64,000 nucleotides of DNA from Theionarchaea archaeon (GCA_018992685.1 JACVGT010000021.1:1-64000); one strand, 5' to 3'; shown: positions 20,457 to 30,744, counted from the first letter of the stretch. The notes: generated by a model not told the origin, from the letters alone. Numbers and translations are program-made.

Positions 20457-21532
20457 ACAATCACATTGCCTAGCAGGTTGATGGCCAGGATTCCTAAGGC
20501 GAGAACTCCAAATGCTGTCGACAGCCTCCTGGAGGTGGTGTCTGAGAAGAAGTGCCGCAGTATTTCGTCAGTGATTTTTCCCCCATCAAGAATGTTGGAA
20601 ATAGGAAACAAGTTAAACAAGGCAACGCTGAGGTTTAACATAGATATCCAGCTAAAAATATCGAGAATCATGAAATACTTGAAGTGCTGGATGGGATAGA
20701 CTCCCATATACCCCTGGCCCTCTTCATCTGGATGATCTGTTAAAGTGAGAGTGAGAGTCCCCCTGTTTGTTGCCAAGGCCAGTTCGTCTCCCGAATGATA
20801 CTTCTCGAGTTCTTCTGAAAACTGTTCATATGTATCAATCTGTGAATCATTCATCTGATAAATGATGGCTCCCTCCAGTCCTATCTGATCGGCAGGCGTG
20901 TCTGGTATGGTCTCATAGATCTGGACACCGTCAGGGACACGAGGGATTGACATCAGCAATACAAGGAAGAATGCAGCCACCACAAAGTTGGCCATGCTCC
21001 CTGCAGAGTATACTTTCACCCTGGACAAGGCAGGTTTTTGTTTCATTTCCTCTTCATCTGGTTCCACAAAAGCTCCCGGTATGATGATCAAAAGGAGGAG
21101 CCCCATTGACTTCAATGAAATGTTCTCTCTCCGAGCCACGATTCCATGAGAGAATTCATGCGCAAAGAAAATGATGATTATGCCGATGATGAGCCCCCAG
21201 GTAACCTTAATGGTAACGCCTGGTATGACAGGGATGACTGCGGTGGCCTGCTGGGGTGCAGAGAGTACCTTATACGCATTCCAGGCAAAAAACCCCATGG
21301 AGACGGGGATACCCACTACGGACACGGCAACTCCTGCCAGACTGTACCCCGTCCAGAAGGATTTTGCCTTTTGGGCCAGTCCATCCACAATGTGTAAGAA
21401 CCTCCTGGTTCTCACCATGAAGAAGAACAGAGGCACCATGGTTACTCCATGCTCTTCAAGATTGAATTTCTTTACCAGTAAGATCAGTGTCAGCCAGAGA
21501 ATGGCTATCCCTAAGAGTATGTATTCTATCAT
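20453..21532 (-). CDS. Site-2 protease (M50) with PDZ domain
   Basis: HEFSH, GAFVEPD, NLFP...LDGG. Confidence 0.93.
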   Translation of the reverse strand: MIEYILLGIAILWLTLILLVKKFNLEEHGVTMVPLFFFMVRTRRFLHIVDGLAQKAKSFWTGYSLAGVAVSVVGIPVSMGFFAWNAYKVLSAPQQATAVIPVIPGVTIKVTWGLIIGIIIIFFAHEFSHGIVARRENISLKSMGLLLLIIIPGAFVEPDEEEMKQKPALSRVKVYSAGSMANFVVAAFFLVLLMSIPRVPDGVQIYETIPDTPADQIGLEGAIIYQMNDSQIDTYEQFSEELEKYHSGDELALATNRGTLTLTLTDHPDEEGQGYMGVYPIQHFKYFMILDIFSWISMLNLSVALFNLFPISNILDGGKITDEILRHFFSDTTSRRLSTAFGVLALGILAINLLGNVIV

Positions 21533-21653
21533 GAACAGTAGAGTCAGCAGGTGTTGACTTATATACGTTTCTGTATGGCTGGATCCTGATAAACTGGTGC
21601 AGGTTACCGCAGTGAAGGAACGGCAGTGATAGAACGCACAGCAGACCCGTCAT

Positions 21654-21995
21654 TCACTGGTTCTCCAACCTGTGCCGCAATAATGATAATTCTTCATTTA
21701 GCACAGATATCTGCCTGTACAGATCTCTGTTGAGAGTGTGCATCCTGAACATGAGCAAGTACAACAAGAAGATGGATAGGGCAAAAATGGTATTGGTTCT
21801 GGTCCTGATACTGAGATATTCTGCAAGAAGATCCCCCACCTGGGGAACAGCAGATAGGACAAGAAGAGATGCACCGACTGTACCCCACACCAGAAAATCC
21901 TGGACTTCTTCTTTCTTGTTCTTTACCAGGAGGTAGCTTCTGAGAAGGAAATAGCACCCCAGCAGAAATCCACCAACATGTATCAATGAAACCAT
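21654..21995 (-). CDS. DUF2304 family membrane protein
   Basis: Three TM helices plus coiled tail, downstream of a GT2 gene. Confidence 0.8.
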   Translation of the reverse strand: MVSLIHVGGFLLGCYFLLRSYLLVKNKKEEVQDFLVWGTVGASLLVLSAVPQVGDLLAEYLSIRTRTNTIFALSIFLLYLLMFRMHTLNRDLYRQISVLNEELSLLRHRLENQ

Positions 21996-21999
21996 GGTA

Positions 22000-22674
22000 T
22001 CACCTGAATATTAAGATCTTGATAATACAGTCAACCATCTTGAACGGATACAAGGCGTACGTTTCCAGGTCGAATTGGGACCTTCCCTCGCCCCGCACGG
22101 GCATTTCTACAGATATTTCCTTTATGGTCATTCCTTTTCTGGCGGCTTCCAGAGTCTGTTCCAGAGCCCAGTGCTGATCAGTCAGCGGTGTCAACTGTCT
22201 GAGAGCAGAGGCACGATAACACCTGAACCCGGAAGTAACGTCCGTCACAGAAAGAGAACCGAGGGTGTTTGCCACCCAGGAAAAAAACTTTATCCCCGAA
22301 CGCCTGGTCAAATTGTAATTCTTGTGAGAGGGGTTGAGAAATCTGGAGCCGATTACTATGTCGGATTTCTCAACTGCTTCGAGAAGTCGCGGTATATAAG
22401 ACGGATCATGCTGGAAATCTCCATCAATCTGGATAACAACATCAGGGTCACGGTTGAGAGCTGCACGGTACCCTGTCCTCAGAGCCGCCCCAACCCCTCT
22501 GTTCAAAGCGTGGGAGACGACGGCGGCACCTGCCCCTAGTGCAGTATCTCGTGTACTGTCAGTAGAACCATCATCGACCACTATGATTTCGTGAACGTAT
22601 TTTTTCACTTCGGCCACTACTTTCTGAATGGTTTCAGCCTCATTATGAGCTGGTATTACTGCAATAGTCTTCAT
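22000..22674 (-). CDS. GT2 glycosyltransferase (DPM1-like)
   Basis: IPAHNE, VDDGSTD, DGDFQH, DVTSGFR. Confidence 0.93.
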   Translation of the reverse strand: MKTIAVIPAHNEAETIQKVVAEVKKYVHEIIVVDDGSTDSTRDTALGAGAAVVSHALNRGVGAALRTGYRAALNRDPDVVIQIDGDFQHDPSYIPRLLEAVEKSDIVIGSRFLNPSHKNYNLTRRSGIKFFSWVANTLGSLSVTDVTSGFRCYRASALRQLTPLTDQHWALEQTLEAARKGMTIKEISVEMPVRGEGRSQFDLETYALYPFKMVDCIIKILIFR

Positions 22675-22825
22675 GCCACTTGGGTTGGTAGAGCTTGGAT
22701 TTATATGGTTTTGCATTCTCAGTACTTCCGAATGTAGAAAATTATTGCACACTATAGGGGATTTTTTCATTTAATTTACTAGTATTTTCATATATCTAAA
22801 TCAAAACTAATGGAGGTGATAACCT

Positions 22826-23485
22826 ATGAATAAAGAAACTAATGAACAAAACAGAAACGAAAAGAATATAAGCCACCGCATTTTATCATGGTGCGGTGAG
22901 CAAAAGATGAAATTAATAATAATCGTTGCCATTCTAGGGATAGGGCTAGCAGGAATTGGACACTGGTATCAAGTCCAAGAGCAGTGCACAGATTTCACAT
23001 TGAACATAAGTTGGGATACAACAGAAAGTGGCCAAATCATAACTGATACTGACCCGGAGATTAAGATAGGTCATCTTCATGGCGCCAAATTAGTTATCAA
23101 CGTTGATACCCCAAGAGAAGGAACTCTTAAAGTTTCTGCCGATTCCCCAGATAAGGACATAGAAATCCGCATTGGGGAGAGTAGCAGCATAGAGAAATTG
23201 CCATGCACAGTACGAGAGCTGTATGTCTTGAAAGGGAAAAATCAAGAAGTCTCCACTTTACTAATCAATGCGCCCTTGAGACCTACCAAATATGGCATCA
23301 CTGTATGCGCCACTTTGAATGGCCAATGCCAAATTTGCAGGAATGCTTATATCACCGTAGTCAGTGAGAATGATCTTACACCAGCTCCAACTGAGACGGA
23401 AGAATCTGATGGTTCGTGCTTGGGTACGAGTTTCATTGCAATATTGGTAGTACTCTACACGGTAATTGGCAAAAAGAATAGATAA
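22826..23485 (+). CDS. Surface protein with C-terminal CLGT-TM-basic sorting-like tail
   Basis: N-terminal TM; PAPTETEES linker then GSCLGTSFIAILVVL...KKNR; GGAGGTGA RBS. Confidence 0.7.
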   Translation: MNKETNEQNRNEKNISHRILSWCGEQKMKLIIIVAILGIGLAGIGHWYQVQEQCTDFTLNISWDTTESGQIITDTDPEIKIGHLHGAKLVINVDTPREGTLKVSADSPDKDIEIRIGESSSIEKLPCTVRELYVLKGKNQEVSTLLINAPLRPTKYGITVCATLNGQCQICRNAYITVVSENDLTPAPTETEESDGSCLGTSFIAILVVLYTVIGKKNR

Positions 23486-23559
23486 TCTGGGCTTAAACAT
23501 GGAAAATAGAATCAACTTTCATTCTCTTTCTTTTTCTTTTTATCGTCTCACCAATCCAT

Positions 23560-23682
23560 CTAACAGAGTTTGCGTTCCACTAATCCTCTGTAGACCATGC
23601 TCACGTATTCACCTTTCCCGATGATAACATGGTCTAGAATCGTGATTCCAAGATAATCACATGTTGGCAAACGTTTGCTTAC
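23560..23682 (-). pseudogene. RadC/JAB-domain C-terminal remnant
   Basis: Translates as VSKRLPTCDYLGITILDHVIIGKGEYVSMVYRGLV, matching the RadC LGI..LDH.IIG...Y.S end; no start or upstream domain. Confidence 0.75.
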
Positions 23683-23759
23683 GTAAACTAGAAATCCCCA
23701 ACCTCCAAAAAAACATAACTTTTTAAAAACTACTTTGGATTATTAGGCGAGGTGAAAAG

Positions 23760-23948
23760 ATGAATAAGAATATACTTGCTATAGTGTTTGCCGCCCTCAT
23801 CTTATTGGGGGGAGTTTCAGATCTATTGGCTGAAACACCAAATAACCCCACTGAGAATAGTTGCGGAATAGTCGTGTCACTTGCATCACTCCTAGATTAT
23901 CCACTCACTCTTTTGGGTATCGGGAATGGTGGGGGAAATCCTGGATAG
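23760..23948 (+). CDS. Small secreted peptide with Gly-rich C-terminus
   Basis: GAGGTGA RBS, signal peptide, ends GIGNGGGNPG. Confidence 0.65.
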   Translation: MNKNILAIVFAALILLGGVSDLLAETPNNPTENSCGIVVSLASLLDYPLTLLGIGNGGGNPG

Positions 23949-24882
23949 TCCATTTCTTGGTCCAGTTGGAAATTGGAACAGAATACTTATACTCCTCTAC
24001 AAACCCAGAAGTACTCATGAGGTTGAGAAAGTCAAAAAAGACATTTTGCAGGAAGTTCCGTTCTAACAAGATGTAGGCATAAATCCACCTATCAACTTTA
24101 AGGATGGAACAGTGCACAGGCATTTTCTTCAGCATATCCACTAGCTGTCCCTCATAATTCGTTTTAAACAATATAAAATAACCATTGTAATTCATGTATC
24201 CACGTGGATAATACGGTACCCATGCTGTACATTTATCCATGACATTATGAAGGTGGTCATAGAATACTGATTTAGAAAGACCAAAGCAGCGAATAATCTC
24301 AATATATTTCATTCTCAAGTTATTTTTCAATAACCTGAACAAAGAGAGGTCCTGCTCATCCCATATTAATTCATTTCTAACTGGGAACGTCAATTCTGAC
24401 CTGATGAACTCCCCTGTATCTAAGAAATCTTGGAACTTTGTGTAGTACTCATCCATAGACCTTCTTTCTACTTTGTTGTATATGAAATCGCTTCGAGGTC
24501 CACTCAAAACAAACCCATCAAATCCCTTTTCCATGGAGAAATCAATCTTCTCACGAGACATCACCATGAGGTCGAATGCGCCAGAGCAATGTGCTGCATA
24601 GACAATGCGTGGGTTCTCAGTCATTTTCATGAAGAGTAATTGTGCATCCTTAACCCTCATGAAGTATGTGTACTCCTGATAATTAAGGAATATATTCAAT
24701 CTGAGAAATGGTGGAGACATCACTCCTTCAGCTAAAGCCCACCTGTAAAGCTTTGCAGCACTCTTATCATTGATACTAAGGTTTCTTCCGATTTTAGAGA
24801 AATTCTGCCTCGCATCATTCAATAACAGGAGATACAAAGAGTGGTAATAGTCTTCTATTTGTACTCTCGACCACTTCGGCAT
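23905..24882 (-). CDS. Tandem wHTH (Lrp/AsnC-like duplicated) transcriptional regulator
   Basis: NDARQNFSKIGRNL and NNLRMKYIEII..FGLSKS HTH segments; GAFDLMV RAM-like strand. Confidence 0.7.
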   Translation of the reverse strand: MPKWSRVQIEDYYHSLYLLLLNDARQNFSKIGRNLSINDKSAAKLYRWALAEGVMSPPFLRLNIFLNYQEYTYFMRVKDAQLLFMKMTENPRIVYAAHCSGAFDLMVMSREKIDFSMEKGFDGFVLSGPRSDFIYNKVERRSMDEYYTKFQDFLDTGEFIRSELTFPVRNELIWDEQDLSLFRLLKNNLRMKYIEIIRCFGLSKSVFYDHLHNVMDKCTAWVPYYPRGYMNYNGYFILFKTNYEGQLVDMLKKMPVHCSILKVDRWIYAYILLERNFLQNVFFDFLNLMSTSGFVEEYKYSVPISNWTKKWTIQDFPHHSRYPKE

Positions 24883-24989
24883 GTTAAATCACCGTAACTG
24901 TTATCTAGCTCTCGCTTATAAACCTATCTGTCGTGGAGATTTCAAGCCTCAACCAATGAAAATCCGAAACAAAAATAGGAGGTAGAAAT

Positions 24990-25121
24990 ATGGGTGAATC
25001 AATCATGCCGGATGACTCGGAAAAGAAGAAAACCAGTGAAAGAGAGGATAACAACCCAGAAAAGGAAGAAAAGAAGAAAAAAGGAAGGACATATCCACGC
25101 ATCGGAGAAATCCCTGGATAA
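24990..25121 (+). CDS. 43-aa charged peptide
   Basis: AGGAGGT RBS; MGESIMPDDSEKKK...YPRIGEIPG. Confidence 0.4.
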   Translation: MGESIMPDDSEKKKTSEREDNNPEKEEKKKKGRTYPRIGEIPG

Positions 25122-25732
25122 TTACCTTCTCACATAGTACCGCAAGAATCGAATCGGACAGAGGCCGAAAGGACTTTTACCGAGTGGGACAGCAGAGAGC
25201 CTGTAAACACTTCTAGTCTTTCACCCCCCTCAGGCTCTCTGTTCTTTTTAATAGAAATGGTCATATGGGAATTAACCTCTAGTTTTCCCATGAGAGATGA
25301 GAGAGATAGTCTAGCATCTGTTGGGATATGCGATTTATTTCATTTCTTCATTGGCAGCTTTCAGTACCATTATCTTCTGAATAACATTACTATATAAACG
25401 AAATCTGTCGGAGCACAGGAAAAGTAATATTAAATGGAATATAGTAAATGATGAATCTATAGAATTTTCTCATTTCGCATATTGTGTTAATATTGATTAG
25501 AGGAACTATAGAAAGCATTGTTTTATGGAAATTCATGTAGATAAGGTGTTGAATTGTTCAAATAGAATATCTGTTCATAATACTAATATTGATAATGTAA
25601 TCTGTTGAATTGATAGATTATAAGAATATTCATGATTCTGTACATTATCTCTTTTGGTAGAAAATGATTTTCCTTTAATAATTTCTATGCGATAGAACAA
25701 GAGTTTATATAGTATAACTTCAAAAGAGTAAT

Positions 25733-25951
25733 ATGGTTAAAACAGTAGAAACCGCAACTAGGAAATACATCAGAGGATTACTCTGTGCGCCTTTCGTTCC
25801 ATGCCCCGTATGTAACAAGAAAACTAGGGCAATGTATACAAATACTTGCCAGTGGTGCAATGTTAAATGGAATGAAGAGCAATTGGAGGAAAGGGAAAGA
25901 CTCAGAAATGAGCAAATTGAAATATCTCGGAAGATGGGATTGTTAGAATAA
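25733..25951 (+). CDS. Small zinc-ribbon protein
   Basis: CPVC...CQWC; TTTATATA about 25 bp upstream. Confidence 0.65.
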   Translation: MVKTVETATRKYIRGLLCAPFVPCPVCNKKTRAMYTNTCQWCNVKWNEEQLEERERLRNEQIEISRKMGLLE

Positions 25952-26114
25952 GTAAGACTCTTCCCATCTCAGAGGTTCCAAGAGTCAATATTCTACATAT
26001 TCATATTTAATTTATCTTTGCGAATTTCGCAATTAGTGTGCAGTAATTTTCTACATTCGGAGTTACTGATTCTCCATCCCTGATTGCAGTCGAGAGTCAA
26101 TTCCGGCTCGAGAG

Positions 26115-27212
26115 CTATCTCAGCCCTAGGAACGCCTTCAGGAACTCAATAAATCGATCCCACAGCCCTTTTTCTTCGGGGAGGTTTAATCTCTCCTTCA
26201 CGACTTCAAGAACAGTAATGGTGAATGATGTTTCCTGGTAGCGCTGTCTGTTGAAATCGTCAACAAACCCCATCTTCATGGTAAAATAATGTTCTCCTGG
26301 TACAGAAGATGTCACATCTGACTCAAACGTGTCAAAGTCACCCGCTTCCAGACTACCAATGTAATAGGAGGTGTACTCCCAATCCATGTCACTCATGACT
26401 TCCAGGTAAATTCCATTGACAGCGAATCGCCCTCCATTTGCCACGTCCACAGAAAACGTGAAAGTCTGTCCTTGATCCAGTTCCCGAGGGTAGCTGATGT
26501 TCAGCAATTTGAGCAGCAGTTTTCTCCTGATAGAAATACTCACTGTCTCCTGAGTTGTATGAGATGTTATTGAAGGGTCCTGATAGGAAATTGTCAATTC
26601 CAGATCATACACCCCTGAAGGAGCCTCTCCGGAAACAGCATACCTTTGGTTCACTGATACAGCTCGTCCAACGTCCACTCGGTTGAAATATGCTGAGCTT
26701 GAGGGCTGTATGGGAGAGAAAAACTCAGTTGAGGCAAAGAAAATGGTGACATTTAAGGCATCTCCCGTTCCTTCATTTTCTATCACGAGAAGGAGCTCGA
26801 ACTGTTCTCCCGGACCCACGTCATCCGGCTGAATCGTGAATCTCGTGACATGCAGCTCAGGCAATGGCTGCTGGTATTCCATGACCACGGCAAACGTAGT
26901 ATCTTCTTCCAGTTCGACAAGCTCACTGTGGGGTGAAAACCCTGCTTTCACCACAGTAACATAGTACGTCCTATAAGCTTTCAACGTAAAGGACGCAGTC
27001 CCCTGGACTGTGAACTGATCTGGGATGGATGCATCTTCTGGTCTGGGATATTGGTAGGAGACAGACACGCGCACATTATCAAGAGGGTTGCCGTACACAT
27101 CATGTACAGCAACAGTCAGGACAGCATACGTCTCTGATGTGACCTGAACCATGCTGACACCAGCACCTGCGAGAACGAGCACGAGCAGAATACCTATCCC
27201 CAATTGCTTCAC
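26115..27212 (-). CDS. COG1361-like S-layer/Ig-fold secreted protein
   Basis: Signal peptide; VGPGEQF.L...IENEG, SGVYDLEL.ISY. Confidence 0.8.
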   Translation of the reverse strand: MKQLGIGILLVLVLAGAGVSMVQVTSETYAVLTVAVHDVYGNPLDNVRVSVSYQYPRPEDASIPDQFTVQGTASFTLKAYRTYYVTVVKAGFSPHSELVELEEDTTFAVVMEYQQPLPELHVTRFTIQPDDVGPGEQFELLLVIENEGTGDALNVTIFFASTEFFSPIQPSSSAYFNRVDVGRAVSVNQRYAVSGEAPSGVYDLELTISYQDPSITSHTTQETVSISIRRKLLLKLLNISYPRELDQGQTFTFSVDVANGGRFAVNGIYLEVMSDMDWEYTSYYIGSLEAGDFDTFESDVTSSVPGEHYFTMKMGFVDDFNRQRYQETSFTITVLEVVKERLNLPEEKGLWDRFIEFLKAFLGLR

Positions 27213-27898
27213 GTTTTGACCTCCTCAATTCTTGTAACCTGCCCATCAGTGAGGTAGATAATTCTGTTGCCATAGTGGGCCACATTCATGTCGTGGGTGA
27301 CTACCAAGAAGGTCTGCCCTTTCCTGTTTAATGCATAGAGGACTTCCATTATCTCTTCAGAGGTCTTGGAATCCAGGTTGCCGGTGGGTTCGTCAGCAAG
27401 AATGATCTCTGGATTATTAATGATGGCTCTGGCTATGGATACCCGCTGCTGCTGTCCTCCTGACAGTTCAGTAGGATTATGGTGTAGTCTATCCTCCAGT
27501 CCCAACTCAGTAAGGAGAGTGGTCACTCTTTTCTCTCGTTCCGATGCAGAAGCGTTGCTGAATACCAGAGGGAGCTCCACGTTCTCCACAGCAGTCAATG
27601 TACTCACAAGGTTAAAAGACTGAAACACAAATCCAATGTATTTCCTCCTGAACAGGGCAAGGTCGTTCTCATTCAGTTTGGTTAGGTCTTCCCCCTTTAC
27701 CCACACCTTCCCTTTGCTGGGTTTCATTAACCCTCCCACCAGGTTGAGCAGGGTGGACTTTCCGGAGCCGCTGGTTCCTACAATAGAGACAAATTCACCC
27801 TCCTCCATGGAAAGTGACACTCCCCGCAGAGCATTGACCATAGTATCACCCATGGTGAACTGCATTTCCAGATCTTCAACCTGCACAGCGAGCATCAT
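27209..27898 (-). CDS. LolD/MacB-type ABC ATPase
   Basis: [28 protein letters not shown]. Confidence 0.95.
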   Translation of the reverse strand: MMLAVQVEDLEMQFTMGDTMVNALRGVSLSMEEGEFVSIVGTSGSGKSTLLNLVGGLMKPSKGKVWVKGEDLTKLNENDLALFRRKYIGFVFQSFNLVSTLTAVENVELPLVFSNASASEREKRVTTLLTELGLEDRLHHNPTELSGGQQQRVSIARAIINNPEIILADEPTGNLDSKTSEEIMEVLYALNRKGQTFLVVTHDMNVAHYGNRIIYLTDGQVTRIEEVKT

Positions 27899-28563
27899 AT
27901 ACCTCCTGCCACCTGACTGCCTACAGAAGACATGAGAAATCCCAGCAAGAAGTAGAGAGCATACGGTACTGCAACTGCAACGAAAGCTCTTCCAGTACTC
28001 AGGGTATACTGCTCTCTTACTGCAATGACCATGAGCACAAGAGCCCAGAGAAAGAAGATATTGTGATCTCTTACGAAGTCCAGAAGGATATCTGGATTCT
28101 CTACCTGCCTCACAAACTCTTCATATGGCGGAGGAGAATAGGTTAATCCCCTGAATACATCCAGAAGCCCCTTGAATATGAAAGGAATATATGTGTATGC
28201 GATCACATGAATGGTGGATGAGATTGAAACATCAGTACCACCCAGAATCCTGGAACTCATATGGAATGCAAATGACTTCGCAGCCCAGGCGACCCCTACA
28301 GAAACAATGCCTATAATCACGCTTATCGTGGTCATAAGTCCCTGTATGCTCTGCATGGCCTCCTTCTGCTGGTCGGTGAGGGTGATCATTTCCCCTGTGT
28401 ACTGATTTGTTAGCTCCTGGGATTTCTGCTGAATCATGGCATTTCCTGCTACGGTCAATACTCCTGGTATGAAGACCAGGAGCAGCGCAATCACCCATTT
28501 TCTTTCTGATTTCAACTTCTGGAATTGGTCTTTAGCCCTGAACGGATTGACAATTCCAAGTAT
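27895..28563 (-). CDS. Yip1-family membrane protein
   Basis: Multiple TM helices; reading frame extends to an ATA just after GGAGGTG. Confidence 0.75.
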   Translation of the reverse strand: MLGIVNPFRAKDQFQKLKSERKWVIALLLVFIPGVLTVAGNAMIQQKSQELTNQYTGEMITLTDQQKEAMQSIQGLMTTISVIIGIVSVGVAWAAKSFAFHMSSRILGGTDVSISSTIHVIAYTYIPFIFKGLLDVFRGLTYSPPPYEEFVRQVENPDILLDFVRDHNIFFLWALVLMVIAVREQYTLSTGRAFVAVAVPYALYFLLGFLMSSVGSQVAGGI

Positions 28564-28574
28564 GGTACCACCTC

Positions 28575-29321
28575 CTATTCTGCTTTGTTAAAGGCCGTCA
28601 CTGCAACGGCCGTCATAATAATAGCGAACCCTGCCAAAAAAAGAATATCGGTGGCTAGAGCATGTTCATGAATGCCCAGGATGACACCTCGCAATGCATC
28701 CACCCCATAGCTCAGTGGATTGACTGCGACAATAGATTTCATCCAGGCTGGCAGCCCTGAAATGGGAAAGAAGGCACCACTCATGAGAAACATGGGCATG
28801 ACAAGGAAGTTCATGATGAGGTTGAACCCTTCAAATGACACCATCCGGGATGCTATCAGTAACCCCAAGGAGGTCAAGGCAAAGGATATCAGGAAAATGA
28901 TCGCCAGCACCTTGATAATAATCAGGGGAGTCAGGGTCACATCCACAATGAAGGACAGAACCATGATGATCGAGCCCTGGATCATTGATTGGAAACATCC
29001 CGACAGTGTTTTCCCTACAGCAATGGAGGTTCGAGACACAGGAGCAACAAGCATTTCCCTGAGAAATCCGAACTGGCGGTCCCATATCACGGAAACTGCA
29101 GAGAATACGCTGGTAAATAGCACAGTCATGCCAATAATTCCCGGGAACAGAAACTGAGCATAGTTTCCTGCATCAGGTGATCGAAAAACCGTGTTGAATC
29201 CTGTCCCCATGATGGCCAGCCACAAGGCGGGTCGAGCAATTGACCCGATTATCTGGGACTTCTCTCTGAAAAACCGGCGGATATCCCGGAGGCAAATCAC
29301 ATACACTGCTTTCCAGAACAT
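28575..29321 (-). CDS. ABC-2 type permease
   Basis: FLFPGIIGM, DRQFGFLREMLVAP, NPLSYGVDALR. Confidence 0.95.
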   Translation of the reverse strand: MFWKAVYVICLRDIRRFFREKSQIIGSIARPALWLAIMGTGFNTVFRSPDAGNYAQFLFPGIIGMTVLFTSVFSAVSVIWDRQFGFLREMLVAPVSRTSIAVGKTLSGCFQSMIQGSIIMVLSFIVDVTLTPLIIIKVLAIIFLISFALTSLGLLIASRMVSFEGFNLIMNFLVMPMFLMSGAFFPISGLPAWMKSIVAVNPLSYGVDALRGVILGIHEHALATDILFLAGFAIIMTAVAVTAFNKAE

Positions 29322-30283
29322 TAATGCCCACCTCTCATTCTCATTCGCATCCTGTCCCTGGCTGACGCTTCCTCCGTTCTGATTTCATGGCCTGTCAACT
29401 TCAGGAAGACATCATCCAGAGTGGGACGCCTCAGGTGAATGGAGTTGATCTTCGTGGAAAAGGAAGAAATGAACTGTGGAATGAATTCTTCACTGTTCTC
29501 AATCTCGAGGTGTATACCTGCTTCATCTCTTCTAACGTTCAAATTGTATTGTTCACCTATTTCTTTTTCTGCCTTCTCATCATCAGTGGTTCTTATTGTG
29601 ATGACATCTCCTCCCACAAGCCTTTTCAAATTGTCTGGAGTGTCCAGAGCCACAAGTTTTCCATAGTCAATGATGGCGATACGATCACAATTTTCGGCCT
29701 CATCCATGTAGTGCGTTGTCATGAAAATGGTGATCCCCTGGTCTTCCCTGAGCTTATTGATGTATTTCCAGATGTGGTTCCTGGTCTGGGGATCAAGGCC
29801 CAGAGTGGGCTCGTCCAGAAAGAGGACTGTGGGCCGGTGAAGCAGTCCTCTGGCAATCTCTAGCCGACGCTTCATACCACCAGAATACGTCTTCACCACA
29901 TTCTTCCTTCGTTCCCACAGGTCTACCATCTCAAGCAACTCCTTCTTCCTTTCTGTTCTGATATCCTTGGGAACATCATAGATAATGCCATGGAAATCAA
30001 GGTTTTCCTCTGCAGTCAATCGATCGTCCAGGGACGGCTCCTGGAAAATCAACCCAATGGATTTTCTCACCTCACTGGGATTCTTGGTAACATCGTACCC
30101 ATTAACCTGGGCCTCTCCCGATGTTGGAGTCAATAATGTGCACAGTATATTGATGGTGGTGGTTTTCCCAGCTCCATTGGGTCCCAAGAATCCAAATATC
30201 TCACCTTTGTCCACTGAGAAGCTCACACCGTCCACCGCTTTTACCCCATCAAAATACTTGCATAAGTCAACGGTCCGAATCAT
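29321..30283 (-). CDS. DrrA-like ABC ATPase
   Basis: GPNGAGKTT, YSGGMKRRLEIA, LDEPT. Confidence 0.95.
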   Translation of the reverse strand: MIRTVDLCKYFDGVKAVDGVSFSVDKGEIFGFLGPNGAGKTTTINILCTLLTPTSGEAQVNGYDVTKNPSEVRKSIGLIFQEPSLDDRLTAEENLDFHGIIYDVPKDIRTERKKELLEMVDLWERRKNVVKTYSGGMKRRLEIARGLLHRPTVLFLDEPTLGLDPQTRNHIWKYINKLREDQGITIFMTTHYMDEAENCDRIAIIDYGKLVALDTPDNLKRLVGGDVITIRTTDDEKAEKEIGEQYNLNVRRDEAGIHLEIENSEEFIPQFISSFSTKINSIHLRRPTLDDVFLKLTGHEIRTEEASARDRMRMRMRGGH

Positions 30284-30744
30284 GAAAATTCCTCCAAAAG
30301 TTGTTGTAGTGATTTCTTAGCCCTTTCCTTATCTGGTGCTTCCATCACTTTTCTCCTTAAGGCAAAAAAGAGCTCAGCCAGTTCAGCTTCCTCCGGGGGG
30401 AAGAAGGTCTCAAAAACCAACTTCCTGAAGGTATTGAAGCGTTCATTAATCTCTTTATGGCGTTCCTTCAAAAGATCCAGCTCCTTTTTCCCTTTTTCGG
30501 TGATGGTATAGAGTTTCTTGGAGCGTTCCCCAACTTCAAGTACCTCAATCAGCCCTTTCTCTTCCATCCTGTTCAGTAGAGGATACACCATTCCCTTGGA
30601 AGGAACCCACTTCCCATCAGTCCTCTCCTCAATGTCCTTTATGAGGTCATATCCGGCACAGGGGGCCTGTGACAGAATCCTCAGGGTATAGAGTTCCAGG
30701 AATGTATGTTCCTTCCCTACAGACGCTCTACTCCAAAGGGTCAT
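30280..30744 (-). CDS. PadR family regulator
   Basis: GYDLIK, PSKGMVYPLL, YTITEKG. Confidence 0.92.
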   Translation of the reverse strand: MTLWSRASVGKEHTFLELYTLRILSQAPCAGYDLIKDIEERTDGKWVPSKGMVYPLLNRMEEKGLIEVLEVGERSKKLYTITEKGKKELDLLKERHKEINERFNTFRKLVFETFFPPEEAELAELFFALRRKVMEAPDKERAKKSLQQLLEEFS

